39,917 nucleotides of DNA from a virus: the IMG/VR virus record IMGVR_UViG_3300039071_000050, positions 1-39,917 of that record, one strand, 5' to 3'. How positions within the stretch are numbered: position 1 is the stretch's first letter; every line of letters starts with the position of its first letter. Below are positions 8,622 to 16,623 of the stretch, one piece after another. The translations under genes were made by a program, and so were the position numbers. The notes under the pieces are model-generated. The model did no database searches. It was not told the origin of the DNA and saw nothing but the letters and a program-made list of their open reading frames with translations.

Positions 8622-10231
8622 TGACTGAGCAGGAAGAGTTCGAGTTTCGCCTGCGCCTGGAGCAGGAGCAGGGCGCGCAGCCCAAGGCGGCCCCTGCTGC
8701 CCCTCAAGCCGCCCCGAAAACCACCATTGGCCAGGACGTTCTGCAGGGCGTTGGCAACCTGGCGGCAGGCGCTGTGCGTGGCGCTGGCTCGATTGGCGCG
8801 ACGCTGCTGGCCCCGATTGACATTGCCAAGGACGCGCTGGACGGCAAGGGCCTCTCGCTGGAGTCGAACAGGCAGCGCCGATCCGATATGGACGCGGCGC
8901 TTCAAACCCTGGGTGCCGAGCCTGACTCTTGGATGTACCAGGGCGGCAAGCTGGCCGGGGAGATCGCTGGAACCGCTGGCGGCGGCTCTTTGCTCGCTGG
9001 TGGCGCTAAGGCTGCCGGCGCGTCTCCGGCCATCATTTCCGGCCTGCAGACAGGCGGCCTGAATGTGGCTGGCCGGACTGGCTTGGGAGGCCTGCTGACT
9101 CGGGCCGGTACCGGTGCCGCGACTGGCGCCCTGGCTGCCGGCATGGTCAACCCGGAAGACGCGGACGTTGGCGCCGTGGTTGGTGGGGCGCTGCCGGTGG
9201 CCGTCAAGGCTGGCGGCGAACTCGGCCGGCGCGCTGGCCGGGCTATCGCTGGCGAGGTATCGCCCGAGGTGGCCGCGCTGGCTGGCCGCGCCAAAGAGCT
9301 TGGCGTCCAGATCCCGGCTGACCGTGTGGCCAACAGCAAGCCGCTGAACGCCCTGGCCGCGTCTCTGGAGTACATGCCTCTGTCTGGCCGCCAGGCTACC
9401 CAGGAGCGCATGACCAGCCAGCTCAACAAGGCCCTGTCGCGCACGTTTGGCCAGGACTCGGACAACGTGACGATGGCCCTGCGCAAAGCCGGCTCAGAGC
9501 TTGGCGGCAAGTTCGACGACGTGCTGCAGAACAACAAGGTTCGCGTCGATGACGACTTCCTCACCGCCCTGGCCGAGCAGTCGCAGCGCGCGACAGCCGA
9601 ACTTGGCAGTGACGGCCAGCGCATCATCCAGAACCAGATCGACGAGATTCTGGCCAAGGCACAGAACGGCGAGATCGACGGCCAGGCGGCCTACAACATC
9701 AAGAAGACCCTGGACCGCATCGGCAAGCGCAACTCGCCCGAGGCGTACTACGCCCTGGACCTGAAGAACTCGCTGATGGGCGCGCTCAACCGCAGCCTCG
9801 GCCCAGAAGAGGCCGCAGCCTTTGCCAAGACCCGGCAGCAGTACGGAAACATGCTGAAGCTGGAGAAGATCGCCAAGAACGGCGCCGAGGGTGACATCTC
9901 GGTCGCGCGCCTGGCCAACATGAAGAACATCAACAGCCCTGACCTGCAGGAGCTGGCCGACATCGCGTCGCAGTTCATGGTGACCCGGGAGAGTCCGCAC
10001 GGCGCATTGCAGCGCCTGGTGATCGGCTCGACTGGCGTAGGGGTGGGGGCTGGCCTTGGTGGCCTGCCTATCGGGATCGGCCTGATGGCCGCAGGGAGGG
10101 GTGCGAATAAGGCCCTGAACAGCGGGCTGTTGAACTCGATGGTCACCGGCCAAACGGCTGTGCCGAGCGAGGCAATCCGCAAGGGACTGCTAGGCGTTCA
10201 GCGCGCCGCGCCGGTGATCAGCGCCCAGTGA
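8621..10231 (+). CDS. Putative internal virion/ejection protein (536 aa)
   Basis: The ATG at 8621 overlaps the previous stop (TGATG). Gly/Ala-rich N-terminal third and a hydrophobic C-terminal segment (GSTGVGVGAGLGGLPIGIGLMAAG). Confidence 0.5.
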   Translation: MTEQEEFEFRLRLEQEQGAQPKAAPAAPQAAPKTTIGQDVLQGVGNLAAGAVRGAGSIGATLLAPIDIAKDALDGKGLSLESNRQRRSDMDAALQTLGAEPDSWMYQGGKLAGEIAGTAGGGSLLAGGAKAAGASPAIISGLQTGGLNVAGRTGLGGLLTRAGTGAATGALAAGMVNPEDADVGAVVGGALPVAVKAGGELGRRAGRAIAGEVSPEVAALAGRAKELGVQIPADRVANSKPLNALAASLEYMPLSGRQATQERMTSQLNKALSRTFGQDSDNVTMALRKAGSELGGKFDDVLQNNKVRVDDDFLTALAEQSQRATAELGSDGQRIIQNQIDEILAKAQNGEIDGQAAYNIKKTLDRIGKRNSPEAYYALDLKNSLMGALNRSLGPEEAAAFAKTRQQYGNMLKLEKIAKNGAEGDISVARLANMKNINSPDLQELADIASQFMVTRESPHGALQRLVIGSTGVGVGAGLGGLPIGIGLMAAGRGANKALNSGLLNSMVTGQTAVPSEAIRKGLLGVQRAAPVISAQ

Positions 10232-10310
10232 GTCCAAGCCAGAAGCCGTACAGGATCGCCAGGACGGTGACCACCACCAGCTTCAAGACCATGTAGTCCG
10301 TAAATTCCAT
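10218..10310 (-). CDS. Possible 30-aa hydrophobic peptide (MEFTDYMVLKLVVVTVLAILYGFWLGLTGR)
   Basis: ATG at 10310 with GGAG 5 nt upstream. One predicted TM segment; high GC3. Antisense-overlaps the 3' end of the ejection gene by 14 nt. No obvious promoter. Confidence 0.3.
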   Translation of the reverse strand: MEFTDYMVLKLVVVTVLAILYGFWLGLTGR

Positions 10311-10319
10311 CGAATCTCC

Positions 10320-10346
10320 AAGCCCGCCAAGTGCGGGCTTTTTTAT
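10320..10346 (+). terminator. Rho-independent terminator upstream of the tail fibre gene
   Basis: AAGCCCGC-CAAGT-GCGGGCTT followed by TTTTAT. Confidence 0.65.
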
Positions 10347-10359
10347 TGGGAGAAACCCC

Positions 10360-11010
10360 ATGCCAGTTCCCGCCAGCATAAACGATCTTTCAACGGTCGC
10401 GGGTAGCAACAGCCCGCCGGGGAGCGAGTCGCCGGCAACCCTGGATGACTACCTGCGCACGCATGCCGCGTTCATTGCTCAGTTGAGGGATGGCCGGCAG
10501 CCGCTGGACGCGACCCTGACCGGCATGGCAGCCGTAACGACCGCAGCCAACCAGATGATCTACGCCACGGGCGTGGACACGTTTGCGGCCACCGGCCTTA
10601 CCGCCTTCGCGCGCACGCTGCTGGATGATGCAGACGCGGCTACGGCTCTTGCCACGCTCGGCCTCACCTCAAGCGGCCCGACCACCCCGACATTCATCAA
10701 CAGCTTTACCGATGCGGGGTCGACCAGATACTGGAAAGTCAATGGCGTCGTCTACATCAGCATTGATGTATCGCGGACGACTACTCCGAGCAACGGCACT
10801 GGCATGTTTATAATGCCGGCAGGTTTTTTACCTGCTGTCACCGTCAATGCCGTTGGGATTTTTGGTCAAACATCACCGCTGGCTGTTGGCCCGTCACAGA
10901 TTCGCGTGAACTCGTCAACTGGCGGCGTCACCGTACAGTCGAACGCGGGCGGTACGCCGGGAAGTTCTGGCTACTCGTTGACTGGCCTATTTAGCTACCC
11001 AGCCGCATAA
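10360..11010 (+). CDS. Tail fibre protein (216 aa)
   Basis: The N-terminus PASINDLSTVAGSNSPPGSESPATLDDYLRTHAAFIAQLRD is a motif I recognise from Pseudomonas/Burkholderia phage tail fibres. Ser/Thr/Gly-rich C-terminus. Last gene of the late operon. Confidence 0.65.
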   Translation: MPVPASINDLSTVAGSNSPPGSESPATLDDYLRTHAAFIAQLRDGRQPLDATLTGMAAVTTAANQMIYATGVDTFAATGLTAFARTLLDDADAATALATLGLTSSGPTTPTFINSFTDAGSTRYWKVNGVVYISIDVSRTTTPSNGTGMFIMPAGFLPAVTVNAVGIFGQTSPLAVGPSQIRVNSSTGGVTVQSNAGGTPGSSGYSLTGLFSYPAA

Positions 11011-11035
11011 AAAGCCCCTTTGTGGGCTATTTTTT
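11008..11035. terminator. Bidirectional terminator between convergent genes
   Basis: A-run, AGCCC-CTTTGT-GGGCT, T-run. Overlaps the stop codons of both the tail fibre and deacetylase genes. Confidence 0.5.
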
Positions 11036-11800
11036 CTTGAGTGTGGCGCTGGCAGGAAGCTGGTAGCGGTTGACGTAACGCAGCTCAGCAGCTCGGATAG
11101 CTTGGCTTGGCGGCAGAATCTCGGCGCCCTGTGCCAGCGCATAGTCAACAACTTGCTGAAGCTGTGCGTAGGGCATCGAGTTCGGGTAGACAGTTTGGAG
11201 CGGGTCATGGTCATAGAAGACCACCAGCCCGTCCGATGCTATTGCAGCGTCAATGGCCTGCATTGCTCCGGCGAGCCCGACAGCGTGCAGGCTGGTCCGG
11301 TACATGCGGTGCGGGTCCAGGGGCATCTGCTGCACTGCCGAGGCCGCCCCAGGGTTGTACACGGTGAAGCCGTAACGGTAGAAGCTGCGGATCGGCATGA
11401 TCAGCGACGAGTGAACAGCGCTGTTCGGGGCGACAAACGCCGAAACCTTCAGCCCTTCTGCGCGCAAGCGCTGCAGGCCGCCGACAGTTTCCTGCATCAG
11501 CGTAGCAAGAGTCGTGGTCGTGTCAGTCATGGGGACGTGGTTGTAGCCGTGCGCCAGGAACTCATGCCCCTTGTCTTGCAGAGCTAGCATCTGTGGGTAG
11601 GTCATGCCCAAGGTCCAGTCGGTTTGAACCTTGTTGGCTGGGATGGCAAAGCCTGCGCGGACGCCGCGAGACTCGAAGAACGGCGCCACCGTGCCATTGT
11701 GGCACCGGAATGCGTCGTCAAATATGAAGCTGATGATGCCCGCAGCGCTGGCGTTGAAAGAGATCGAACAGCACAACAGCAAAGCGATGAGGCGCTTCAT
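11027..11800 (-). CDS. Secreted polysaccharide deacetylase (NodB/CE4-like), moron
   Basis: 257 aa. Signal peptide MKRLIALLLCCSISFNASA. NodB-like motifs: FIFDDAF (Asp-Asp), HGYNH (His-x-x-x-His) and FYDHD. RBS AAGGAG. Convergent with the late operon and next to attP. Confidence 0.65.
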   Translation of the reverse strand: MKRLIALLLCCSISFNASAAGIISFIFDDAFRCHNGTVAPFFESRGVRAGFAIPANKVQTDWTLGMTYPQMLALQDKGHEFLAHGYNHVPMTDTTTTLATLMQETVGGLQRLRAEGLKVSAFVAPNSAVHSSLIMPIRSFYRYGFTVYNPGAASAVQQMPLDPHRMYRTSLHAVGLAGAMQAIDAAIASDGLVVFYDHDPLQTVYPNSMPYAQLQQVVDYALAQGAEILPPSQAIRAAELRYVNRYQLPASATLKKK

Positions 11801-12075
11801 AGCAACTCCTTTTGGCGCTAACTCCTGCGGGGAGTATAGCTGGTTGGTGTTTGATTCCGTCTAATAGTGGCTTGTGTCGCCCCGGTGTTCGTGGCGTACA
11901 GCCGGCGTAACTCGTTGTTTTGCTTTAGACAGATCACCGCTCAAACACCTGATCTAGACGCGCCAAAGGCGGAAATTCCCGCTACTGCTGCATCATAGGT
12001 GTGTGGCTGGAAAGCCCGGTATTGCTGGGCTCTGTGGTGGCCTGTCTATTTGACATATGGGTGCTTGTCTAAAAC
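11801..12075. other. attP-containing intergenic region (core not identifiable without attB)
   Basis: 275-bp non-coding stretch immediately downstream of int, visibly more AT-rich. Five copies of a GTCTA/TAGAC motif. Confidence 0.4.
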
Positions 12076-13056
12076 CTAACGCGCTTTTGCGGGCATTGTG
12101 GGTGCCTGGGCGACCTTCGGCAACCTCCCGCGCAAGTACCTGGCTGTCATCTTCGGATCGGAGTGGCCGCCAAGTGTCTGAGCGTTTTTCCCCTCCCTGT
12201 CGGCGTCTGTGAGCGACTTGGCGCGCAGATCGTGAATCGTCACGTCTTTGACCCCGGTTTTCTCCCGAAGCTCCCTAAACGCCATCTTCACTGTGCCGTA
12301 GCTGACCGGCTTCCCGGCCCTTGAGCAGAACAGGGTCATTGCGCGCACCTTCCGAGGCAGGGCCTTTGCCTTCGCTATCACCTCTTCCAGGTCCGGCGTC
12401 ATCGCTACGATTAGCTTTGCCCCCGTCTTCTGCTGCGCGAAAGCCACTCCCTCGTCGCTGATGTCTGACAAGTGGATCGACAGCACGTCGCTGATCCTCT
12501 GGCCGGTCAGGTACGCCATCTCCAGTATGCACCGGATGTACGGGCTTGCAGCCCCCAGCAGCGCCGCAAACTCTGCGTCTGTGATGTACCGGTCGCGCTT
12601 CTCTTCCTGATGCCTCCTGATGCCGACGCAGGGGTTAGAGTCGACCATCTGCCACTCCAGTGCGTAGCCGAACACGATACGAAGCAGCGACAGGATGCGA
12701 TTGCACATGTTCGGCGTCCCGGCCAGGTCCATCTTCACGGCTGCAACGTGCTTTGGCATCACGTCGCGCGGCTCGAACTCAGCGAAAATCTCCTTGAGCC
12801 TCTCTGCCGAGGCCTCGTATTGGGTGACGGTGTTGGCCGCCAGCTTCTTGGTCTTGATGTGGTGGGTGAGGGCTTTGTCGATCAGTGCTGGCATGCCGCC
12901 CTGGCTCGCTGCGGCCGTCTTCTTCGCGTAGGCCAGCAGCGCCTCCTGGTAGTCCTCAGCCAGGCGCAGCCACTTGCCGCCCTTCACCAGATAATAGGCG
13001 CCGTGCTTGAAGTACATGCAGGCCGGCAGGTGCCTATCCTTCTTGCGTGGCCGCAT
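12076..13056 (-). CDS. int: Tyrosine integrase (lambda-type)
   Basis: 326 aa. Catalytic signature: TGQRISD (Arg), IHDLRAK (His-x-x-Arg), GHSD (His), ARYLR (Tyr). RBS AAGGAGGA. Confidence 0.9.
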   Translation of the reverse strand: MRPRKKDRHLPACMYFKHGAYYLVKGGKWLRLAEDYQEALLAYAKKTAAASQGGMPALIDKALTHHIKTKKLAANTVTQYEASAERLKEIFAEFEPRDVMPKHVAAVKMDLAGTPNMCNRILSLLRIVFGYALEWQMVDSNPCVGIRRHQEEKRDRYITDAEFAALLGAASPYIRCILEMAYLTGQRISDVLSIHLSDISDEGVAFAQQKTGAKLIVAMTPDLEEVIAKAKALPRKVRAMTLFCSRAGKPVSYGTVKMAFRELREKTGVKDVTIHDLRAKSLTDADREGKNAQTLGGHSDPKMTARYLRGRLPKVAQAPTMPAKAR

Positions 13057-13065
13057 GCTTCCTCC

Positions 13066-13269
13066 TTACGAGCCGGTCAGCCTTAGCCTCGGCTCTCTCT
13101 TTGTCGGCTGGCTCAGTCCAAGCCGGGCCAATACTACCTCGCGGAGGACCTTTGGCCTCCCATCCGCACCGGTCACATATCCGAACTGGTGCTCGTCAAG
13201 CCATCTGATCTGAGCACTGGCCCGAATGCGCCCGGTCAGATCTGCAACCTCGTCTGAAGTCAGGAACAT
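13066..13269 (-). CDS. xis: DUF4224-like small DNA-binding protein, putative excisionase
   Basis: 67 aa. MFLTSDEVADLTGRIRASAQIRWLDEHQFGY fits the DUF4224 pattern. Lies directly upstream of int. Confidence 0.5.
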   Translation of the reverse strand: MFLTSDEVADLTGRIRASAQIRWLDEHQFGYVTGADGRPKVLREVVLARLGLSQPTKREPRLRLTGS

Positions 13270-13279
13270 CGCTCACCTC

Positions 13280-13624
13280 TCAGCTTTGCATGTTTGCGCC
13301 GATCTCAGCGGCTGCGCGGACGATGGCGAGGCGAGTGGCTGCATAGTCGCAAGGCTCATCAAATCCTGAGCGCGCACCTTCATCTGCGCGAGCTATGCCG
13401 ACGCCTAAAGTCATCTTTAGCTTCACCGCCAGCCGCAGCGCGTCGCCGTCGTCGGTGAGCGGGTTCCATGGCTTGCTGTGATGCGTTCCAAAAACATCAT
13501 CGCGGCCAATAAGCCACCTCGCACCGTCGTAATCTTTCCACTTTTTGACTTTAAACCATTTTGCTTTTATGCCAGCCGCCTTAGCCGCCAGCTCCAGCAG
13601 CTCCCGATCAGTTCTTCCAGGCAT
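13280..13624 (-). CDS. Hypothetical protein, DUF2591-like (114 aa)
   Basis: The pattern WNPLTDDGDALRLAVKLKM resembles the DUF2591 phage family (recollection). Confidence 0.5.
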   Translation of the reverse strand: MPGRTDRELLELAAKAAGIKAKWFKVKKWKDYDGARWLIGRDDVFGTHHSKPWNPLTDDGDALRLAVKLKMTLGVGIARADEGARSGFDEPCDYAATRLAIVRAAAEIGANMQS

Positions 13625-13671
13625 AGAAACCCCCTCCGCCGACTGTGCCGGCAGACAGAAAAGTGGATTGG

Positions 13672-13860
13672 TTAGGGTTTGACGTGTTCGGAGAAGGTGC
13701 CCCAGGTCATGCTCTCTTCCGGGACTTCTGCAACCTCTACGATGCTGCTTTTCAGGATGTTCTCCATCGCCGCGCTCAGCTCTTCATCGGTCAGGCCCTT
13801 GGCCAGCATGTCGGCTTCCCAGGTGTCTTGGCAGGCTTGGATGGTATTGCTCTCGCTCAT
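13672..13860 (-). CDS. Hypothetical acidic protein (62 aa)
   Basis: ORF track. ATGA-type overlap with the upstream gene. Confidence 0.5.
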   Translation of the reverse strand: MSESNTIQACQDTWEADMLAKGLTDEELSAAMENILKSSIVEVAEVPEESMTWGTFSEHVKP

Positions 13861-14168
13861 TGCCCCTCCTCCAGAAATGCGTCGATGTCGCAGAAAAACG
13901 CCGCGCAGCGCTTTGTAGGAGCGTTGCGTATGGCCTGCAACAAAGCCCGCGCCTCGTTACGCTCCTGCATCGCCTGAATGGCTACGCGCTGCTGGCTGTC
14001 TCGTTCTTCTTTGGCTAGCGCCAGCTCGGCGGCTTGGGCGTCGAAGTCGGCGCGCAGCTTGTCGTGCATCTGCGGCAGTGTGGCAAATTGGCATTTGCAT
14101 TGCGCCCCTGCATAACCCGCAACACCATGAAAGCGAGGCAGCTTGCAAATCGGGCATTCAGTTACCAT
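13857..14168 (-). CDS. Hypothetical Cys-containing coiled-coil protein (103 aa)
   Basis: CPICK...CKC motif at the N-terminus; helical Ala/Gln-rich middle. Confidence 0.5.
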   Translation of the reverse strand: MVTECPICKLPRFHGVAGYAGAQCKCQFATLPQMHDKLRADFDAQAAELALAKEERDSQQRVAIQAMQERNEARALLQAIRNAPTKRCAAFFCDIDAFLEEGQ

Positions 14169-14679
14169 TGGTTTTCTCCCAGTCTGCGAGGGCTTTCGCG
14201 GCTACTGCCGCCTGCTCACCGTGAGCGCTGGCGATCTCTTCCAACGCCTCCACCAACTTCCCGGCCTGCTGGCGGTGCTGGGCGAGCTGATCCGAAATGC
14301 GGTCGAACATTTCGGTTCTTCGCTGATATGCAGATTGCACAGAGTCAAATCGGCTTTGCAGTTGGGCGAGGATGCGGAGGTGCTGGGCGACAGTCATGAG
14401 TGAGGTATCGTCTTCTTCGCTTTGCATTTTTGAAAGCCAGACACGAGTAAGAGAAAGTTTTGCACGTGGCACATCGCGCAGGGTCTCGGCGTTTACCCAA
14501 GCCACCACCTCCACTTCCTCCCCCGCCTGCCCACCCATATCGGCGGCGTCGGCGGGAGGGGTGGCGAGTAGCTGGCGCAGCTCATGCCGAGCGACATAAG
14601 CTTCGTTTGTCATGTCCTCGCCGTCTTTGCCGCAGATGCGCTCCAGCAGCTCGCGGCTGATCTTGATGGTGTCGGTCAT
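14158..14679 (-). CDS. Hypothetical protein (173 aa)
   Basis: Start trimmed from track position 14745 to the ATG at 14679, which has GAGGA upstream. Confidence 0.5.
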   Translation of the reverse strand: MTDTIKISRELLERICGKDGEDMTNEAYVARHELRQLLATPPADAADMGGQAGEEVEVVAWVNAETLRDVPRAKLSLTRVWLSKMQSEEDDTSLMTVAQHLRILAQLQSRFDSVQSAYQRRTEMFDRISDQLAQHRQQAGKLVEALEEIASAHGEQAAVAAKALADWEKTNGN

Positions 14680-14681
14680 GG

Positions 14682-14858
14682 TCAGTCCTCGTCCTGTGCG
14701 GCGTAGATCGGGCAGATGCTTTGCCAGTTGACGCGCTGCGGGCATCCAGGGTGGTAGCAGTCGCCGTCACGATCAGCGGCGCAGTGCCTGGGCGGCTTGG
14801 CCGCCGGCACGCACTTACCATCAACGCAGCGGACGCGGGGTTTCTGCTCACGCTTCAC
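14682..14858 (-). CDS. Small Cys-rich protein (58 aa), below the ORF-track size cutoff
   Basis: GTG start in a GTGA overlap with the upstream stop; GGAGG 7 nt upstream. Sequence KREQKPRVRCVDGKCVPAAKPPRHCAADRDGDCYHPGCPQRVNWQSICPIYAAQDED (7 Cys). Confidence 0.45.
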   Translation of the reverse strand: MKREQKPRVRCVDGKCVPAAKPPRHCAADRDGDCYHPGCPQRVNWQSICPIYAAQDED

Positions 14859-16198
14859 GACTTCACCTCCCCGCTCTGCTTGTCGTGGGCGGACGGCGCA
14901 GAAGGCAGCGGCATCCAGTGAGTTGGTTCGCAGTCGTTCAGTGTGATGTCGGCAAATTCAGGTCCTGAGGGCAGCATGCTTAGGCCTGTACCTTCAACCC
15001 ACATCCACCCATCGGTAGAGCTTTCGCGCATACCGAAGAACGGCGCCTCACCAGGGCAATACAGCCAAACATGGGTATCCAGTTCAGGCAAACGCTCGCT
15101 AACCGGAATCCACCCCGCCACGTCCTGAGCTGGCGCGGGCTGGGGTGTGGTGTAGAGCAGGCGGTATTCAACCTCCCACCCAACACTGTCGACGGTCCAG
15201 GCGGGGTGACTTAGGCTGACGGCGGCTGGCTGCCATGGCGACCAGTCGGGCGTGCCTTTCTCGGGGCGACGGAAGCGAACCTGCGCCGCCACCGGCTCCT
15301 GCCCCACCTGCTGCGCCTTGATGTGCAGCTTGTATGCTTGGATTTCTTGCTCGGTAGCCTCTGGAATTTCACCAGCCTGCTGCGCCTTGAGCGCGGCTAA
15401 CTTACGCTCATACGTTCCGGTAATCAGGTCACGCAGCGTTTCCATCTTGCGCTTGTGGTATGCCGGCCAGCCATCGCTAGGCAGTCCAAGCTCGCCACCG
15501 TGCAGAGCCTTGAGCGCGGCGAGTTCGCGCGCAGCCTTCACGCAGCCCATGTGCTCGCGGTGATAGGTCATGTACCCGCAGCCTTCGCAGCGCACGTCTG
15601 CCTCCACCTGCTGCCCTTGCGCTGGCTCTCCGTTGCAATCGGGGCACAGGTCGCTATGGCCGACGATGCCTGAGTCACGGCAGGTATGGCAGCTAATCCG
15701 CTGCCCTTGCGCTGGCGCGGCGGCGAGCGCTCCTCTGGCGGCCTGCAATTCGGCCAGCGATTCAAAGCCAAGTGTCAGCTTGAAACCGCGCGGGCCTGAC
15801 TCGCTCGTCACATAGATGAATTTTCTCAGAGCCTCCGGCACTATCGGCGCCGTCTGTGCTGGAGTAAGCGCGGCGGCTGACGGCGCAGCCAACCAATCGC
15901 AAATACGCTCAGCAAGAGCGCCAGCCCCCATCTTGTGATTGCCGTCTGTGTGCCGAATGAAGTTGGCCAAGTCATCCACATCCGGCACTACCGGCGCAGG
16001 CCGCGCGGCGCGGGCTTTCTGCCAGCATTCCCACAGGGCGTTCACTTGCGCGCAGGTCTGGAGCTGCCAATAGCTGTTGCGCGATGGGATAAACTCCCGA
16101 CCGCTCCAGCCGAGGGATTTTGCGGCCGGGTATTGCTCCATAAAAGCATCCCGCTCCCCCGCAAACCGCTTGCACTCGTCAGCGTTGTGGTCGCTCAT
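14855..16198 (-). CDS. Multi-zinc-ribbon protein with C-terminal DUF551-like domain (447 aa)
   Basis: The track start at 16210 is TTG; the ATG at 16198 is in an ATGA overlap with GGAGG upstream. CxxC pairs: CHTCRDSG, CPDCNG, CEGCG. The C-terminus WIPVSERLPE...THWMPLP fits DUF551. Confidence 0.6.
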   Translation of the reverse strand: MSDHNADECKRFAGERDAFMEQYPAAKSLGWSGREFIPSRNSYWQLQTCAQVNALWECWQKARAARPAPVVPDVDDLANFIRHTDGNHKMGAGALAERICDWLAAPSAAALTPAQTAPIVPEALRKFIYVTSESGPRGFKLTLGFESLAELQAARGALAAAPAQGQRISCHTCRDSGIVGHSDLCPDCNGEPAQGQQVEADVRCEGCGYMTYHREHMGCVKAARELAALKALHGGELGLPSDGWPAYHKRKMETLRDLITGTYERKLAALKAQQAGEIPEATEQEIQAYKLHIKAQQVGQEPVAAQVRFRRPEKGTPDWSPWQPAAVSLSHPAWTVDSVGWEVEYRLLYTTPQPAPAQDVAGWIPVSERLPELDTHVWLYCPGEAPFFGMRESSTDGWMWVEGTGLSMLPSGPEFADITLNDCEPTHWMPLPSAPSAHDKQSGEVKS

Positions 16199-16395
16199 AT
16201 CAGCCTCCAAACTTCCGGGTTAGTCCATGCCACCCAGGTGGCGTACTCGGTGCGCTCGAGCAGGTCTTTCAGCTCTACGCCGGCGCCGGGGATTTCCATC
16301 ACCACCTGAAACCGGCGATTGGTCGGAACGTGCAGCGCCGCGCGGGTCTGCCTGCACAACTCGTTGATGCGCTTAACGCGCGGGCTTTCGGTCAT
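16195..16395 (-). CDS. Hypothetical protein (66 aa)
   Basis: ATG at 16395 in an ATGA overlap with the upstream small ORF. Confidence 0.5.
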   Translation of the reverse strand: MTESPRVKRINELCRQTRAALHVPTNRRFQVVMEIPGAGVELKDLLERTEYATWVAWTNPEVWRLI

Positions 16396-16559
16396 GCACA
16401 TTTCTTCAGCTCCAGGTCTCGGTCGTTCCAGCCAGCGGCAAACCAGTGGCGGTCTTGCCAGTTCAGGTGCCCGGGCGGGCTAGGCGGTATCCCCGACTCC
16501 CTTGCCGTGCGCCCGAAGTGGTACGCATCTGGCAGGCCGGGCTGTTGTTTCATGCGCAT
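16392..16559 (-). CDS. Rmf/CrpP-like small protein (55 aa), tentative
   Basis: Below the track cutoff. ATG at 16559 with GGGAGG 6 nt upstream. AYHFGRTARESG...RHWFAAGWNDR resembles the Rmf/CrpP pattern (GY.AG...R..W..GW). Confidence 0.45.
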   Translation of the reverse strand: MRMKQQPGLPDAYHFGRTARESGIPPSPPGHLNWQDRHWFAAGWNDRDLELKKCA

Positions 16560-16623
16560 GTAGGCCTCCCGGCGAGCCGATGCCCGCCAGATTGGGGAGT
16601 GGGGAAGGGTTAGTTAGGCCGCT

